From contig CAWJCS010000005.1 in the NCBI GenBank assembly GCA_963841435.1, positions 224,001 to 288,000 on the forward strand: a stretch of 64,000 bases of DNA, written 5' to 3'. Under the pieces are notes generated by a model. It saw only the letters and a list, made by a program, of their open reading frames with translations, was not told the origin of the DNA and ran no database searches. Positions 19,807 to 29,471 of this stretch are shown one piece after another. This DNA is from an uncultured delta proteobacterium. GTDB lineage: Bacteria > Myxococcota_A > Polyangia > Polyangiales > Polyangiaceae. Each line of letters begins with the position of its first letter. Within the stretch, counting starts at the first letter, position 1. Both the position numbers and the translations under genes were made by a program.

Positions 19807-21378
19807 TTGAGCCAGACCACGACGAAAGCACAGAGGGCACGCGTGCTGCTCGCGGCGACGCTCGGTTCGAGCCTTGCGTTCATGGATGGCTCGATCGTCA
19901 ATGTGGCGCTGCCCGCGCTGCAGAAGAGCCTCGGGGCGAGCGTCGTGGGCGTGCAGTGGGTCGTCGAGGCCTACGCGCTGTCGCTCTCGGCGCTGCTGCT
20001 CGTGGGGGGAGTGCTCGGGGATATTTTCGGGCGACGCGCGATGTTCGCCGTCGGCCTGATCGTGTTCACGGGGTCGTCGGCCTGGTGCGGGTTTTCGACC
20101 AGCATCACCTCGCTCATCCTCGCGCGCGGGCTGCAGGGCGTGGGCGGGGCGCTGCTCACGCCGGGCAGCCTCACGCTCATCACCGCCTCGTTTCCGGAGG
20201 ACGAGCGGGGAAAGGCGATCGGCACCTGGTCGGGCATGAGCGGCATCGCCGCCGCCATCGGGCCCGTGATCGGCGGGTTTTTCATCGACCGGTTGTCGTG
20301 GCGCTGGGCCTTCTTCATCAATCTGCCGCTCGCGGCGCTGGCGCTCTTCGTGCTCTTCACGGGCGTCCCCGAAAGCCGCGACGCCTCGCGTTCCCGCAAG
20401 ATCGACCTCGCCGGAGCGTTGCTCGGCACGCTCGGCTTGCTCGGCCTCGTTTATGGTCTGCTCGAGTCGTCTCGTCGGGGCTTCGGTGACTCCCTCGTCG
20501 TCGCGTCGCTTTTGCTCGGCGTGCTGACGCTCGCGGCGTTCGTCGCGGCGGAGGCGCGCGTCCGAGAGCCCATGGTGTCCCTCGCCCTGTTTCGCTCGAG
20601 AGCCTTCAGCGGCGCGAACCTGCTCACGCTGTTCTTGTACGGCGCGCTCGGCGGCGTGCTCTTCTTCATCCCGCTCAACCTGATCCAGGTTCAGGGCTAC
20701 TCGGCGACGGCGGCCGGTGCGGCGTTCGTGCCGTTCGTCATGATCGTCTTTTTGCTGTCGCGCTGGGCGGGCGGGCTCGTTGACCGGCATGGGTCGCGGG
20801 GACCGCTCGTCGTCGGGCCCTCGATCGCGGCGGCGGGCTTCGCGCTGCTCGCTTTTCCTGGCGTCGGGGGCTCGTATTTCGTGACCTTCCTGCCGGGTAT
20901 CGTCGTGCTGAGCCTCGGCATGGCCATGACGATCGCTCCGCTCACGACGACCGTGATGGGTGCCGTGGCCGACGAGCACGCGGGCGTGGCCTCGGGCGTC
21001 AACAATGCCGTGTCGCGGGCAGCGGGGCTCGTCGCCGTCGCCGCGCTCGGCATCGTGATGTTTCGCGTCTTCGCGAGCTCGCTCGACGACGCGCTCGCCG
21101 CCCTGAAACCGCCCGACGCGATCCGGCGCGCCATGCTGGAGCATCGCATCGAGCTCGCGGCGATGGAGCTTCCCGCGGGCGCCGACCCGTCGCTCCGCGC
21201 GGCGCTCGACCGGGCCGTGCGAAACGCTTTCGTTGACGGTTTTCGCGTGGTCGTGCTGATCGGTGCCGCGCTTTCGTTGCTCAGCGCCGGCTGCGCGGCG
21301 ATCTTCTTCGAGCCCAAGCGGCGCGCGGGTGGCGGCCCCGCGAGACCGCTCGTCGAGACGGGCCGCGCCACGGGCTAG
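19807..21378 (+). CDS. MFS transporter, DHA2 (EmrB/QacA-like)
   Basis: MDGSIVNVALP, GDIFGRR, WRWAFFINLP and about 14 TM segments. Start uncertain. Confidence 0.92.
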   Translation: MSQTTTKAQRARVLLAATLGSSLAFMDGSIVNVALPALQKSLGASVVGVQWVVEAYALSLSALLLVGGVLGDIFGRRAMFAVGLIVFTGSSAWCGFSTSITSLILARGLQGVGGALLTPGSLTLITASFPEDERGKAIGTWSGMSGIAAAIGPVIGGFFIDRLSWRWAFFINLPLAALALFVLFTGVPESRDASRSRKIDLAGALLGTLGLLGLVYGLLESSRRGFGDSLVVASLLLGVLTLAAFVAAEARVREPMVSLALFRSRAFSGANLLTLFLYGALGGVLFFIPLNLIQVQGYSATAAGAAFVPFVMIVFLLSRWAGGLVDRHGSRGPLVVGPSIAAAGFALLAFPGVGGSYFVTFLPGIVVLSLGMAMTIAPLTTTVMGAVADEHAGVASGVNNAVSRAAGLVAVAALGIVMFRVFASSLDDALAALKPPDAIRRAMLEHRIELAAMELPAGADPSLRAALDRAVRNAFVDGFRVVVLIGAALSLLSAGCAAIFFEPKRRAGGGPARPLVETGRATG

Positions 21379-21403
21379 TGTCGAGCCGAAAGCGAGGAGA
21401 GTC

Positions 21404-22750
21404 ATGAAGACGTTCGACTTGATCGTGTTGGGGACGGGCGCCGCAGCGAGCGGTGTGGCCCGCGACTGCCGCGCAGCCGGCATGAGCGTCGCCATCGTGG
21501 ATGCTCGACCGTACGGCGGCACCTGCGCGCTGCGCGGTTGCGATCCGAAGAAGGTGCTCGTCGGGGCGGCGGAGGCGCTCGGCTTCGCGCGGCGCATGGC
21601 CGTCGCCGGCGTCAGGACCCCGGGCGCCACGCTCGACTGGCCCACGCTCCACCGCTTCAAGCAGACGTTCGTCGATTCGACTTCCGAGCACATGGAAGCC
21701 GGCTTTCGCGAGGCCGGCATCGTCACGCTGCACGGTCGCGCGCGCTTCACGGGGCCGCACACGGTGCGTGTCGGCGACGAGGAGCTCGAGGGCCGGCAGA
21801 TCCACCTCGCCGTCGGCGCCGTGCCGAGAAGGCTCGGTATCGTGGGCGAGGAGCTCTTGATGACGAGCGACGGATTCCTCGACCTCGAGGAGCTGCCGAA
21901 GCGCATCGTGTTTCTCGGCGGGGGCTACATTGCGTTCGAGTTCGCGCACCTCTCGGCCGTGGCGGGTGCCGAGGTCACCGTGCTCGACCGCAACGAGCGG
22001 CCCCTCACGCTCTTCGACCCGGATCTCGTCGATTTGTTGGTCGAGCACACGCGGGCCGTCGGCATCCGGCTGGAGGCGAAAAACCAGGTGCTCGGCGTCG
22101 AGCGGAGCGAAAAGGGCTTCGTCGTGCGCGCCTCGGGGCCCGGCGGCGAGCAGCGCTACGAGGCGGACTTGGTGGTGCACGCCGCGGGGCGTGTTCCGGA
22201 CCTCGACGATCTCGACCTCGCGGCCGGCAACATCGAGCGCGTCGCGCGCGGTGTCAGCGTCAACGAGTTCTTGCAGAGCGTGTCGAATCCCGCCGTGTAC
22301 TCGGCCGGCGACTGCGCGGCGAGCGGGCCGCCGCTGACGCCCGTCGCTGGCTTCGAGAGCCGCGTCGTCACGGCGAACCTCTTGAAGGCCGGGAGCCGGA
22401 AGGTCGAGTACCCACCGGTGCCGGGCGTCGTGTTCACGATGCCACCGCTTGCCTCTGTGGGCCTCGGCGAGGCGGAGGCCAAGCGCCGCGGCCTCTCGAT
22501 CAGCACCCATTTCGCGCGCACCGAGGGCTGGTACTCGTCGCGACGCGTGAACGAGGGCGTCACGGGCTACAAAATCGTGCTCGAACAGGGGTCGGGGAAA
22601 ATCCTCGGTGCGCACCTGTTCGGCTGGCACGCCGAGGAGGTCATGAACGTCTTCGCGCTCGCGGTGCGCCAGGGCCTAACGGCCGACTACCTGAAGCAGT
22701 CGATCTGGACGTACCCGACGGCGACGTCCGACATCGCCTACATGCTGTGA
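21404..22750 (+). CDS. Class I pyridine nucleotide-disulfide oxidoreductase (glutathione reductase-like)
   Basis: LGTGAAA, GGTCALRGCDPKK redox disulfide, GGGYIAFE, C-terminal YPT. AGGAG RBS. Confidence 0.9.
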   Translation: MKTFDLIVLGTGAAASGVARDCRAAGMSVAIVDARPYGGTCALRGCDPKKVLVGAAEALGFARRMAVAGVRTPGATLDWPTLHRFKQTFVDSTSEHMEAGFREAGIVTLHGRARFTGPHTVRVGDEELEGRQIHLAVGAVPRRLGIVGEELLMTSDGFLDLEELPKRIVFLGGGYIAFEFAHLSAVAGAEVTVLDRNERPLTLFDPDLVDLLVEHTRAVGIRLEAKNQVLGVERSEKGFVVRASGPGGEQRYEADLVVHAAGRVPDLDDLDLAAGNIERVARGVSVNEFLQSVSNPAVYSAGDCAASGPPLTPVAGFESRVVTANLLKAGSRKVEYPPVPGVVFTMPPLASVGLGEAEAKRRGLSISTHFARTEGWYSSRRVNEGVTGYKIVLEQGSGKILGAHLFGWHAEEVMNVFALAVRQGLTADYLKQSIWTYPTATSDIAYML

Positions 22751-22789
22751 TCCCTGCCCCGCTGGGCACGGCGCCCGCGCGCAAGAGCT

Positions 22790-23752
22790 TCAGCGCGCGA
22801 CCAGGAGTTGCTCGCTGAAACGCTGGGCGGAATCGGTGAAAACGCGCTCGACCTCGAAGCCGCTCGCGTGCGCGAGGTTTCGGAACTGGTCGAGATCATA
22901 CTTGTAGCAATGCTCGGTCACGATGTGCTCGCCGGGCTCGAAGCGAACGAGCGTGGTGTCAACGAGCACGCTCTGGCGGCGCTGGCTCACGAGGTGCATC
23001 TCGATGCGGCCCGCGCGCTCGTTCCAGACGGCGCGGTGACCGAACGATTCCAGCTGAAAGTGAGCGGCGTGATCGCGATTGAGAACGCCCAGCATGTTCA
23101 GGTTGAACGCCGCCGTGACGCCCTCGCGGTCGTCATAGGCGGCTTCGAGCACCTTTGGGTCCTTCTTCAAGTCGACACCGATGACGAGCTTGCCGCCCTG
23201 GCCGACGTTGTCGTGGACGCGACGCAAGAACTCGACGGCGGCGTCGGGCTCGAAATTTCCGATGGTGGAGCCGGGAAAGAACGCGGCCACGGGGGGGGTG
23301 TGAGCCACGGCCGGGAGATCGAGCGGGGCGGTATAGTCGGCGCAGACCGGGCGCACCGTGAGCGCCGGGTAAGCGGCGGAAAGCGCCATCGAGCTCGCGA
23401 GCAAGGCGGACTCGGAGATGTCGATGGGGACGTAGGCGCGGGGCGCCTCGAGCGCGTCGAGCAAGAGGCGGGTCTTGATGGAGGCGCCGCTGCCGAACTC
23501 GATGAGGGTTACGCCCGTGCCGAGCGCCCCCGCCATCTCCTCGGCGTGGGCTTCGAGAATGCCGAGCTCGGTGCGCGTCGGGTAATATTCCTCGAGCTCG
23601 CAGATGCGCTCGAAGAGCTCGGAGCCGCGCGCATCGTAAAAGAGCTTGCAGGGTAGCGCTTTTTGCCGCCGGCCGAGGCCGCGCAAGATCTCGAGGCGAA
23701 GCGTGTCTTGCTCCTTCACGCGCAGGCGGGCCGGCGAGGACGTGCCGTTCAC
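22790..23752 (-). CDS. egtD: L-histidine N-alpha-methyltransferase
   Basis: LFYDARGSELFERICELEEYYPTRTE, EFGSG, FPGSTIGNF, AYDDREGVTAAFNLN, TEHCYKY. GTGA overlap with egtB. Confidence 0.95.
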   Translation of the reverse strand: MNGTSSPARLRVKEQDTLRLEILRGLGRRQKALPCKLFYDARGSELFERICELEEYYPTRTELGILEAHAEEMAGALGTGVTLIEFGSGASIKTRLLLDALEAPRAYVPIDISESALLASSMALSAAYPALTVRPVCADYTAPLDLPAVAHTPPVAAFFPGSTIGNFEPDAAVEFLRRVHDNVGQGGKLVIGVDLKKDPKVLEAAYDDREGVTAAFNLNMLGVLNRDHAAHFQLESFGHRAVWNERAGRIEMHLVSQRRQSVLVDTTLVRFEPGEHIVTEHCYKYDLDQFRNLAHASGFEVERVFTDSAQRFSEQLLVAR

Positions 23753-25011
23753 GGCGACCTCGCGAGGCGGATGCCGCTGAACTGCCAGCGTGCGTCCGGT
23801 GGGAAGAAGTTCCGATACGTCGCGCGCAGATGCCCCGCGGGGCTTGCGCACGAGCCTCCTCTCAACACCATCTGATTGGACATGAATTTGCCGTTGTACT
23901 CGCCGACTGCCCCCGCCGCCGGGCGAAAGCCCGGGTACGGAAGATAGGCACTTGCCGTCCATTCCCAAACGTCACCGAAGACCTGGAGCAGCGGGGCTCC
24001 CGCCGCAACTGCCCCGCGCGGGTGAAGCGCCCCGCTCTCGACGAAATTTCCGTTCATGCTCACGCCACGCGCGGCATGCTCCCACTCGGCCTCCGTCGGC
24101 AGACGCGCTCCGGCCCAGCGGGCGTACGCATCCGCCTCGTAAAAGCTCACGTGGCACACTGGCTCCCCGGCCGCAACGGACCGCAGGCCGGAGAGCGTGA
24201 ACAGCTCGGGCTCGGCGCCGCCCTCACCCCGAAGGTAGAGGGGCGCCGCCCAGCGCCGTTCGCCGACGACGCGGGCGCCGTCGGAAAGCCAGAGCTCGGG
24301 GCGGCGGTACCCGCCGTCGCGAATGAACTCGAGGTACTCGCCGTTGGTCACGAGGCGCGTCGCGAGCGCATACGGCTCGAGAAACACGCGATGACGCGGC
24401 AGCTCGTTGTCGAAAGCGAAGCCGTCCCCCGCGTGGCCGAGCTCCACGACACCGCCCGCGAACGCCTCGAAACCGAGCGCGGGCGCCGGGCGACGCGGCT
24501 CGGCGGGCGCCTCCCGGTACACGGGATAGAGCGGGTTCTTGCCGAACAGGTGCTTCACGTCCGTCAGCAACAGCTCCTGATGCTGCGCTTCGTGCTCGAG
24601 CCCGAGCTCGAGCAGCGTCGAAAGCTCCCCCAGATCCTCGCGCCGCGCCTCGATGAGCTCGACCACGCGCTCGGTCACGTGCGCACGATAGCGGAGCACG
24701 TCCGCAAGGCTCGGACGCGTCATGAGCCCGCGCTCGGCCCGCGGGTGACGCTCGCCGAGCGCTTCGTAGTACGAGTTGAACAGGTAGCCGTATTGGGGGT
24801 GGAACGGCACGTAGCCGGGCAGCCGGGCGAGGATGAACGTTTCGAAGAACCAGGTCGTGTGCGCGAGGTGCCACTTGGCCGGGCTCGCGTCCGGCATCGA
24901 TTGCACGACGGCGTCCTCGGGCGACAGCGGCTCGGCGAGGGACTCGGTCGCGCGTCGCACGCCCGAGAATCGCGTTGAAAAGCCGGGCGTGGGTTCCATC
25001 GAGCGCGCCAT
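23749..25011 (-). CDS. egtB: Ergothioneine biosynthesis sulfoxide synthase
   Basis: QSMPDASPAKWHLAHTTWFFE, HEAQHQE, RLPTEAEWE, EYNGKFM, YRNFF. Confidence 0.95.
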   Translation of the reverse strand: MARSMEPTPGFSTRFSGVRRATESLAEPLSPEDAVVQSMPDASPAKWHLAHTTWFFETFILARLPGYVPFHPQYGYLFNSYYEALGERHPRAERGLMTRPSLADVLRYRAHVTERVVELIEARREDLGELSTLLELGLEHEAQHQELLLTDVKHLFGKNPLYPVYREAPAEPRRPAPALGFEAFAGGVVELGHAGDGFAFDNELPRHRVFLEPYALATRLVTNGEYLEFIRDGGYRRPELWLSDGARVVGERRWAAPLYLRGEGGAEPELFTLSGLRSVAAGEPVCHVSFYEADAYARWAGARLPTEAEWEHAARGVSMNGNFVESGALHPRGAVAAGAPLLQVFGDVWEWTASAYLPYPGFRPAAGAVGEYNGKFMSNQMVLRGGSCASPAGHLRATYRNFFPPDARWQFSGIRLARSP

Positions 25012-25048
25012 GACCCTTTCGCTCGGCCAGAGCCTACACCGGAGCGCG

Positions 25049-25837
25049 TCATCCGCCGAGGGGGCCCGACCAGATGACCCAGGCGTTCCAGGCGCCGTGC
25101 AACAGGATGCCGGGAAACAAGCTGCCGGAGCGCTTTCTCAGCCAGCCGAACGCGAGGCCCATCGCGAAATGCGTGACGAGGATGACGGGGCTCAGGTGCA
25201 CGGCGGAAAACAGCGCCGCCTGGACGATGAGCGCCTCGTTGGGCGAAATGATCTGCGCGAGCTTGGGCTGTATCAACCCGCGAAAGAGCGTCTCCTCCGA
25301 GAGCGGGGTGAGGCCGGCGACGCTCAGGTAGCCGACCCAGCGCGGCCAGCCGTCGTTCAGGTACGGCGTGAGGTACCCCGAATAGAACGTGAACCCGAGG
25401 TGCTCGAGACTCCAGAAGCCGAGCGAAAGCGCGGGCGCGACGACGAGCGCGACGAGCAGCGTCATCACTGCGTCGCGCGCAGCGGGAAGGCGAAAGGCAT
25501 CGGCGACGAGGCGTCGGTTCGAGAGTGCCCCACCGAGGGCGACGGCGGACACGGCGCCCCCGGCGACGAGATCCCCGAGCGCCGAGACGCCCAAAACGCG
25601 CACGCTGATCGCGTACACCACCGAGATCGCCACGGGCAGCACGCAGAGCCAGCCGAGCTCGCGGAGCAGGCGCTTTTCATCGGGGGCCGGCGGCTCGGAA
25701 GCCACGCTGCCGTCGGGGCTGCCCCCTGCCGCGGCGAAAGGCTCGATACCGGCGAGCGGGGCGCCACAATGCCGGCAAAAGCTCGCGTCGCCGCCGATCG
25801 TCTTCTGGCACGAGGGACAGCGGCGCGTGGCCGTCAA
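25049..25837 (-). CDS. CPBP (Abi/CAAX) intramembrane metalloprotease with N-terminal zinc ribbon
   Basis: CPSC...CRHC, then EETLFRG, FSAVH, HGAWN. TTGA overlap with the upstream gene. Confidence 0.85.
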   Translation of the reverse strand: MTATRRCPSCQKTIGGDASFCRHCGAPLAGIEPFAAAGGSPDGSVASEPPAPDEKRLLRELGWLCVLPVAISVVYAISVRVLGVSALGDLVAGGAVSAVALGGALSNRRLVADAFRLPAARDAVMTLLVALVVAPALSLGFWSLEHLGFTFYSGYLTPYLNDGWPRWVGYLSVAGLTPLSEETLFRGLIQPKLAQIISPNEALIVQAALFSAVHLSPVILVTHFAMGLAFGWLRKRSGSLFPGILLHGAWNAWVIWSGPLGG

Positions 25838-26442
25838 CGCGCCGTCTCGAGCTTGCGTGCCGCGAGCGCCGATTGCACGCCGCGGACGAGCGCGACGATC
25901 ACGATGATCTTCAAGAAGATCCCCTGAACCAGCGTCGTGGGATCGTACAGCCCGCTCGCGACGATCACGGCGACGTAGATGCCGAGCGCGGTGATGATGG
26001 CGGGAACGACGGCGCGCTTCGACCAGATCCACAGACCGCACATGACCGCGGCGAGGAACAGATTGAGCCCGAGCACCTGCCACGGCTCTCGCTCGAGCAG
26101 CACGCGGAGCTCACCGACGGTGGCCACGCCCGCCACGCTCTCCGCGAGCGGCGCCGCATCGCTCGCTCCGCTGAGGTTCGCGAGCGCCTTGTCCGCCTGA
26201 GCCTGGGTCACGAAGAACATCACGACGGCGCTCAGCACGAACAAGATCGAAACCCCAGCGATGGTCACCTGCGCGTTCTTGAGCTGTTTGGTGTGCGCGG
26301 CAAAACCCGAGTGCGAGGCCTCGAGGCGAGCGCGCAACGCGGCTTTCAGCTCGTCCGTCACCTTGGCGCCGCACCCCTCGCAGAACTCGTCGCCGCCTCG
26401 AACCGCCCTCCCGCACGCCCCGCACGGCACCGACACATCCAT
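25834..26442 (-). CDS. Zinc-ribbon membrane protein
   Basis: CGAC...CEGC at the N-terminus and about four TM segments. Confidence 0.75.
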   Translation of the reverse strand: MDVSVPCGACGRAVRGGDEFCEGCGAKVTDELKAALRARLEASHSGFAAHTKQLKNAQVTIAGVSILFVLSAVVMFFVTQAQADKALANLSGASDAAPLAESVAGVATVGELRVLLEREPWQVLGLNLFLAAVMCGLWIWSKRAVVPAIITALGIYVAVIVASGLYDPTTLVQGIFLKIIVIVALVRGVQSALAARKLETAR

Positions 26443-26620
26443 GAAAACGAAGCCTACCGCACTTTCGGGCTCGCTCGGCGCCCGACGGCAAGGAGGCCGG
26501 GCGCCGCTTTTCGAGTCGCACGCATCTGCTGGCCGGAACGAGGAGCGCGACGCTGGACCGGCACGGGGAGCTCACGACGACCGTGAGCGCCACCGCGTGG
26601 AGGCCGCGGCCTCGCCCGCC

Positions 26621-27040
26621 TTACCAGGGCTGTCCGGTCCCTGTCTCGACGTACGACTTCAAGCTCGCGACGAAGTGATTCCAACCCTGAGCGACGGGCT
26701 CGGGTGCCGCTTCCTTCCAGCCATCGTGCTCGAAGAGCACTTGCGTCGAGCCGCCAGTCTGCTTGAGACGCCACGTGAGGGTCGTGCCGACCCAGGAAGA
26801 CATGTCGTGCGCGACGCACTGCCAGCGCACGAGCTCGTTCGGCTCGAGCTTTTCGATGCGGTAGCGCATGTTGATGGGGTTGCCGTCCTTGACGAATCGC
26901 AGCGTGGCCTCTCCGCCGACGGCGTCCGGCACCTCGGCGACGGCATTCCACCACCCGCGGTAGCCGGCCTGCGTGCTGAGCGCCGCGTACACCTTGCTCA
27001 CCGCCGCGTGGATCGTGACTTCGTTCTTGATCGAGCTCAT
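26621..27040 (-). CDS. SRPBCC domain protein
   Basis: VTIHAAVSKVYAAL, VLFEHDGW, GWNHFVASLKSYVETGTGQP. ATGA overlap. Confidence 0.88.
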   Translation of the reverse strand: MSSIKNEVTIHAAVSKVYAALSTQAGYRGWWNAVAEVPDAVGGEATLRFVKDGNPINMRYRIEKLEPNELVRWQCVAHDMSSWVGTTLTWRLKQTGGSTQVLFEHDGWKEAAPEPVAQGWNHFVASLKSYVETGTGQPW

Positions 27041-27492
27041 GGGATGCCTCCTTGTGCGTTGCTTGCCAGAAAACCTTCGAGCTGCCCGAGGCAACCCTGC
27101 CAGCCGCCCTCGTGCTCGCGCCGCAGGGTCTCGTCGGGCGGCAGATCGTGAGTCAAAACGAGCTCCGTCTGCTTGCCGTGGTCCGAAAGCTCCAACGTGA
27201 CGACGCTGTCCTCGACACAGAGATCGGGGCAGCTCCACGTGAAAACGAGCCGCGAAGCGGGGACGACCTCCCGGTATTCGCCGAACTGAAGGTGCGTCTT
27301 GCCCTCGGTGTCGATCATCCGAAGCTCGTAGCGGCCGCCCACACGAACGTCGGCCGTGACACGCGCGGACCAGCCGGCCATCGGATAAAACCAGCGCGCC
27401 ATCAGGTCCGGCCGCGTCCACGCTTCGAAGACGAGCGAGCGCGGTGCATCGAGCACTCGGCGCACGACGACGCCCGGCGCGACGCTCGTCAC
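27037..27492 (-). CDS. SRPBCC / AHSA1-like protein
   Basis: RVLDAPRSLVFEAWT, DVRVGGRY, RLVFTW, HEGGW. Confidence 0.9.
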   Translation of the reverse strand: MTSVAPGVVVRRVLDAPRSLVFEAWTRPDLMARWFYPMAGWSARVTADVRVGGRYELRMIDTEGKTHLQFGEYREVVPASRLVFTWSCPDLCVEDSVVTLELSDHGKQTELVLTHDLPPDETLRREHEGGWQGCLGQLEGFLASNAQGGIP

Positions 27493-27833
27493 GACGCCCC
27501 CTTGCCCTGCAGCTCGGCCAGCAGGCGCTCGAGCGAATCGAGCTCACGATTCCAGAGGCCCGTGAGCTCCGCGAGCACCTTCGCCGCGTCACGCGGGGGG
27601 GCCGCACCGAGCCGGCAGCGGTACTCGCGGCCCGAGCGCGCCCGCCGGAGCAGCCTCGCCCGCTCGAGCACCTGCACGTGCTTCGAAACGGCCTCGAGCG
27701 ACATGTCGAAGGGGGCCGCAAGCTCCGTCATCGTCCGCTCGCCGCGCGCGACGCGGCGCAGGATGCTGCGCCGCACGGGGTGTGCGAGAGCGCGAAACAC
27801 GCGATCGAGCTCGGCGGGATGATGCTCAACCAT
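27489..27833 (-). CDS. ArsR/SmtB family transcriptional regulator
   Basis: LDRVFRALAHPVRRSIL, ELAAPFDMSLEAVSKHVQVLERA. Confidence 0.92.
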   Translation of the reverse strand: MVEHHPAELDRVFRALAHPVRRSILRRVARGERTMTELAAPFDMSLEAVSKHVQVLERARLLRRARSGREYRCRLGAAPPRDAAKVLAELTGLWNRELDSLERLLAELQGKGAS

Positions 27834-27885
27834 TCGGTTGAACCTTCTAGCGGCACCGCGGACGACTGTCAACCATTTGGTTGAA
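27826..27885. promoter_or_regulatory. Two palindromic operators TCAACC-N4-GGTTGA
   Basis: TCAACCATTCGGTTGAA (27826-27842) overlaps the ArsR start codon; TCAACCATTTGGTTGAA lies at 27869-27885. Confidence 0.8.
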
Positions 27886-27959
27886 CGTTTTTGGTGGGGG
27901 TCGGCGACCGCCGTGCGGCGGCGCGACGACACGGTGCCGCCCCGTTCCACCGCCCGTGC

Positions 27960-28740
27960 TCGTCGAAGGTCCCGTCGACGCCGACTTAGACGCTGTGTTC
28001 CAGCTCACGCTGCGAGACACCGTGGTCGAGGTGACGCCGCGGCTCGAAGCCCTCGTCGACGAGCGCTTTCCGGACCCTCGCGTGGCCGCCGAAACACTGC
28101 GTTCCACGCGCGACTCGGAAGCCGAGAGCGACGGGCTGCGCCTGCGCCGCGCGTCGCTCGGCGTCGACCTGGCGAGTGGGCAACGCGTCACCGCGCGCCT
28201 CGAGCTCGATGCCGCGAGGCTCCTGTACGAGGAGGAGCTTTACGAGACCGTGCGCGAAGCGTACGCGGAGCTCGCGCTCGGTGCGGCGGCGGCGCTGCGT
28301 GTCGGGGCTTTCGACGTGCCCTTCTCGCTGCTCGATCGGGCAAACAATCCGAGCTTTGAGTTTGCCGATTCGCCGCGCGTGCACGGTCTCGTCGATCACT
28401 TGCGCTTCGCCGGGCGTCAGGTCGGGGCGGGTGCGGTTATCGCGCCCCTCGAGGAGCGGGACCGATTCGAGCTGCAAGTCGGCTTTCGAGGAGCTCCGCT
28501 TCCGCTACCGCGAGCACGAGCGTGGCGTTGCCTACTCCCTCGCGAGCGAGGTCGAGCTGACGCAGCTGGTCACCCGGGTCGAATGGCTCTCGGGTGATCG
28601 CACCGACAACGACGTTGCCGCTCCGGCCCTCCTGCGACGCGGCGACGCTCGGAGCTTTCGCGGGCTGTGGGGCATACGTCATCCGCCGCTACGCAGCCGA
28701 CTCGACGAGCGGCCTCGTCAACCTGCAGATCGAGCTCTGA
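27960..28740 (+). pseudogene. Degraded or frameshifted porin-like (OprO/P-like) fragment
   Basis: DGLRLRRASLGV...AYAEL...LRVGAFDVPFS resembles an OprO/P N-terminal region. Frame change near 28490; no clear signal peptide or barrel end. Confidence 0.4.
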
Positions 28741-28805
28741 CGAACGCCATGAGCGTCCGAGGGTCCCCCTCCGCCTCTCTTCGGGCTTGCCGACTCGCTC
28801 GCGCC

Positions 28806-29246
28806 ATGTTTGGCTCGTGTCGCTTGCGGATTCGAGCGAATCGAGCACCGATTGGCGCGGCTGGCTTCGCCGCAAGGGTGGCGAGCGCCCTGTTTTCGTG
28901 GCTGATCACGACGGCGCACGTCGCGGCCGTGCTGCATTTCGCGCTGGTCGCTCACCACGTTTGCCCGGAGCACGGTGAGCTCGTTCACGACGACGCGATC
29001 CACAGCGCTCCCTCTGCGCGCCACTCGAGCAAGCCGACGGCTACGTCCGGCGCTCCCGAGCCGGGGCACGAGCATTGCTCTCTCGTAGCGCGGCCGCGCG
29101 AGCAGGCGGCGCCCGCCGGGGCCGCGCGCGTCGAGCTCGCTGCCAATCCCCCTGCGATCACTCTCGCCGTCGCTTTTCGCGCCCCCGGGCGGACCGGGCC
29201 TGATCTGCTCTTGATCGCGCCGAAGTGCTCGCCCCCCGTCGCGTGA
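28806..29246 (+). CDS. Small His/Cys-rich protein ending in APKCSPP (DUF2946-like leader)
   Basis: Hydrophobic N-terminal segment, HHVCPEHGELVH, HEHC, C-terminal LLLIAPKCSPPVA. Directly upstream of a TonB-dependent receptor. Start uncertain. Confidence 0.65.
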   Translation: MFGSCRLRIRANRAPIGAAGFAARVASALFSWLITTAHVAAVLHFALVAHHVCPEHGELVHDDAIHSAPSARHSSKPTATSGAPEPGHEHCSLVARPREQAAPAGAARVELAANPPAITLAVAFRAPGRTGPDLLLIAPKCSPPVA

Positions 29247-29471
29247 CGCTCTGCTCGTTGCCCGTCGTCTGACGCTCGGCAACGTCGACCATCACCTGCT
29301 CGCTCCTCCGATCCGCGCTTAGCGCGCGCCTCAGCTCGAGAGCGACGCCATTTCCTTGCCCCCACCGCGCCAGCGGCCGCGCCCGACCGGCGCACCGTGA
29401 AGGCGCCCTGCCCCCGTCGCCGCGTCGGCGTCTGCGCCGCCGCGCTCGACCGCCGTCCCATGCGTGCATCC

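Noticed and set aside
19540-21906. Long alternative ORFs, e.g. 788 aa at 19540-21906 (-), 666 aa at 7546-9546, 679 aa at 45673-47712
   Set aside because: Antisense or off-frame shadows of well-supported genes. They are Arg/Ala/Pro-rich with no motifs, as expected at this GC content.
21404-22750. Possible mercuric reductase MerA
   Set aside because: No C-terminal Cys-Cys pair, no N-terminal metal-binding domain and no mer genes.
23749-25011. Possible selenoneine (SenA) or ovothiol (OvoA) enzyme
   Set aside because: Directly coupled to egtD, no senB/senC nearby and no fused C-terminal methyltransferase.
27489-27833. ArsR as the regulator of arsM
   Set aside because: It lies 18 kb away, lacks the metal-binding Cys motif, is coupled to SRPBCC genes, and its palindrome is not seen at arsM.
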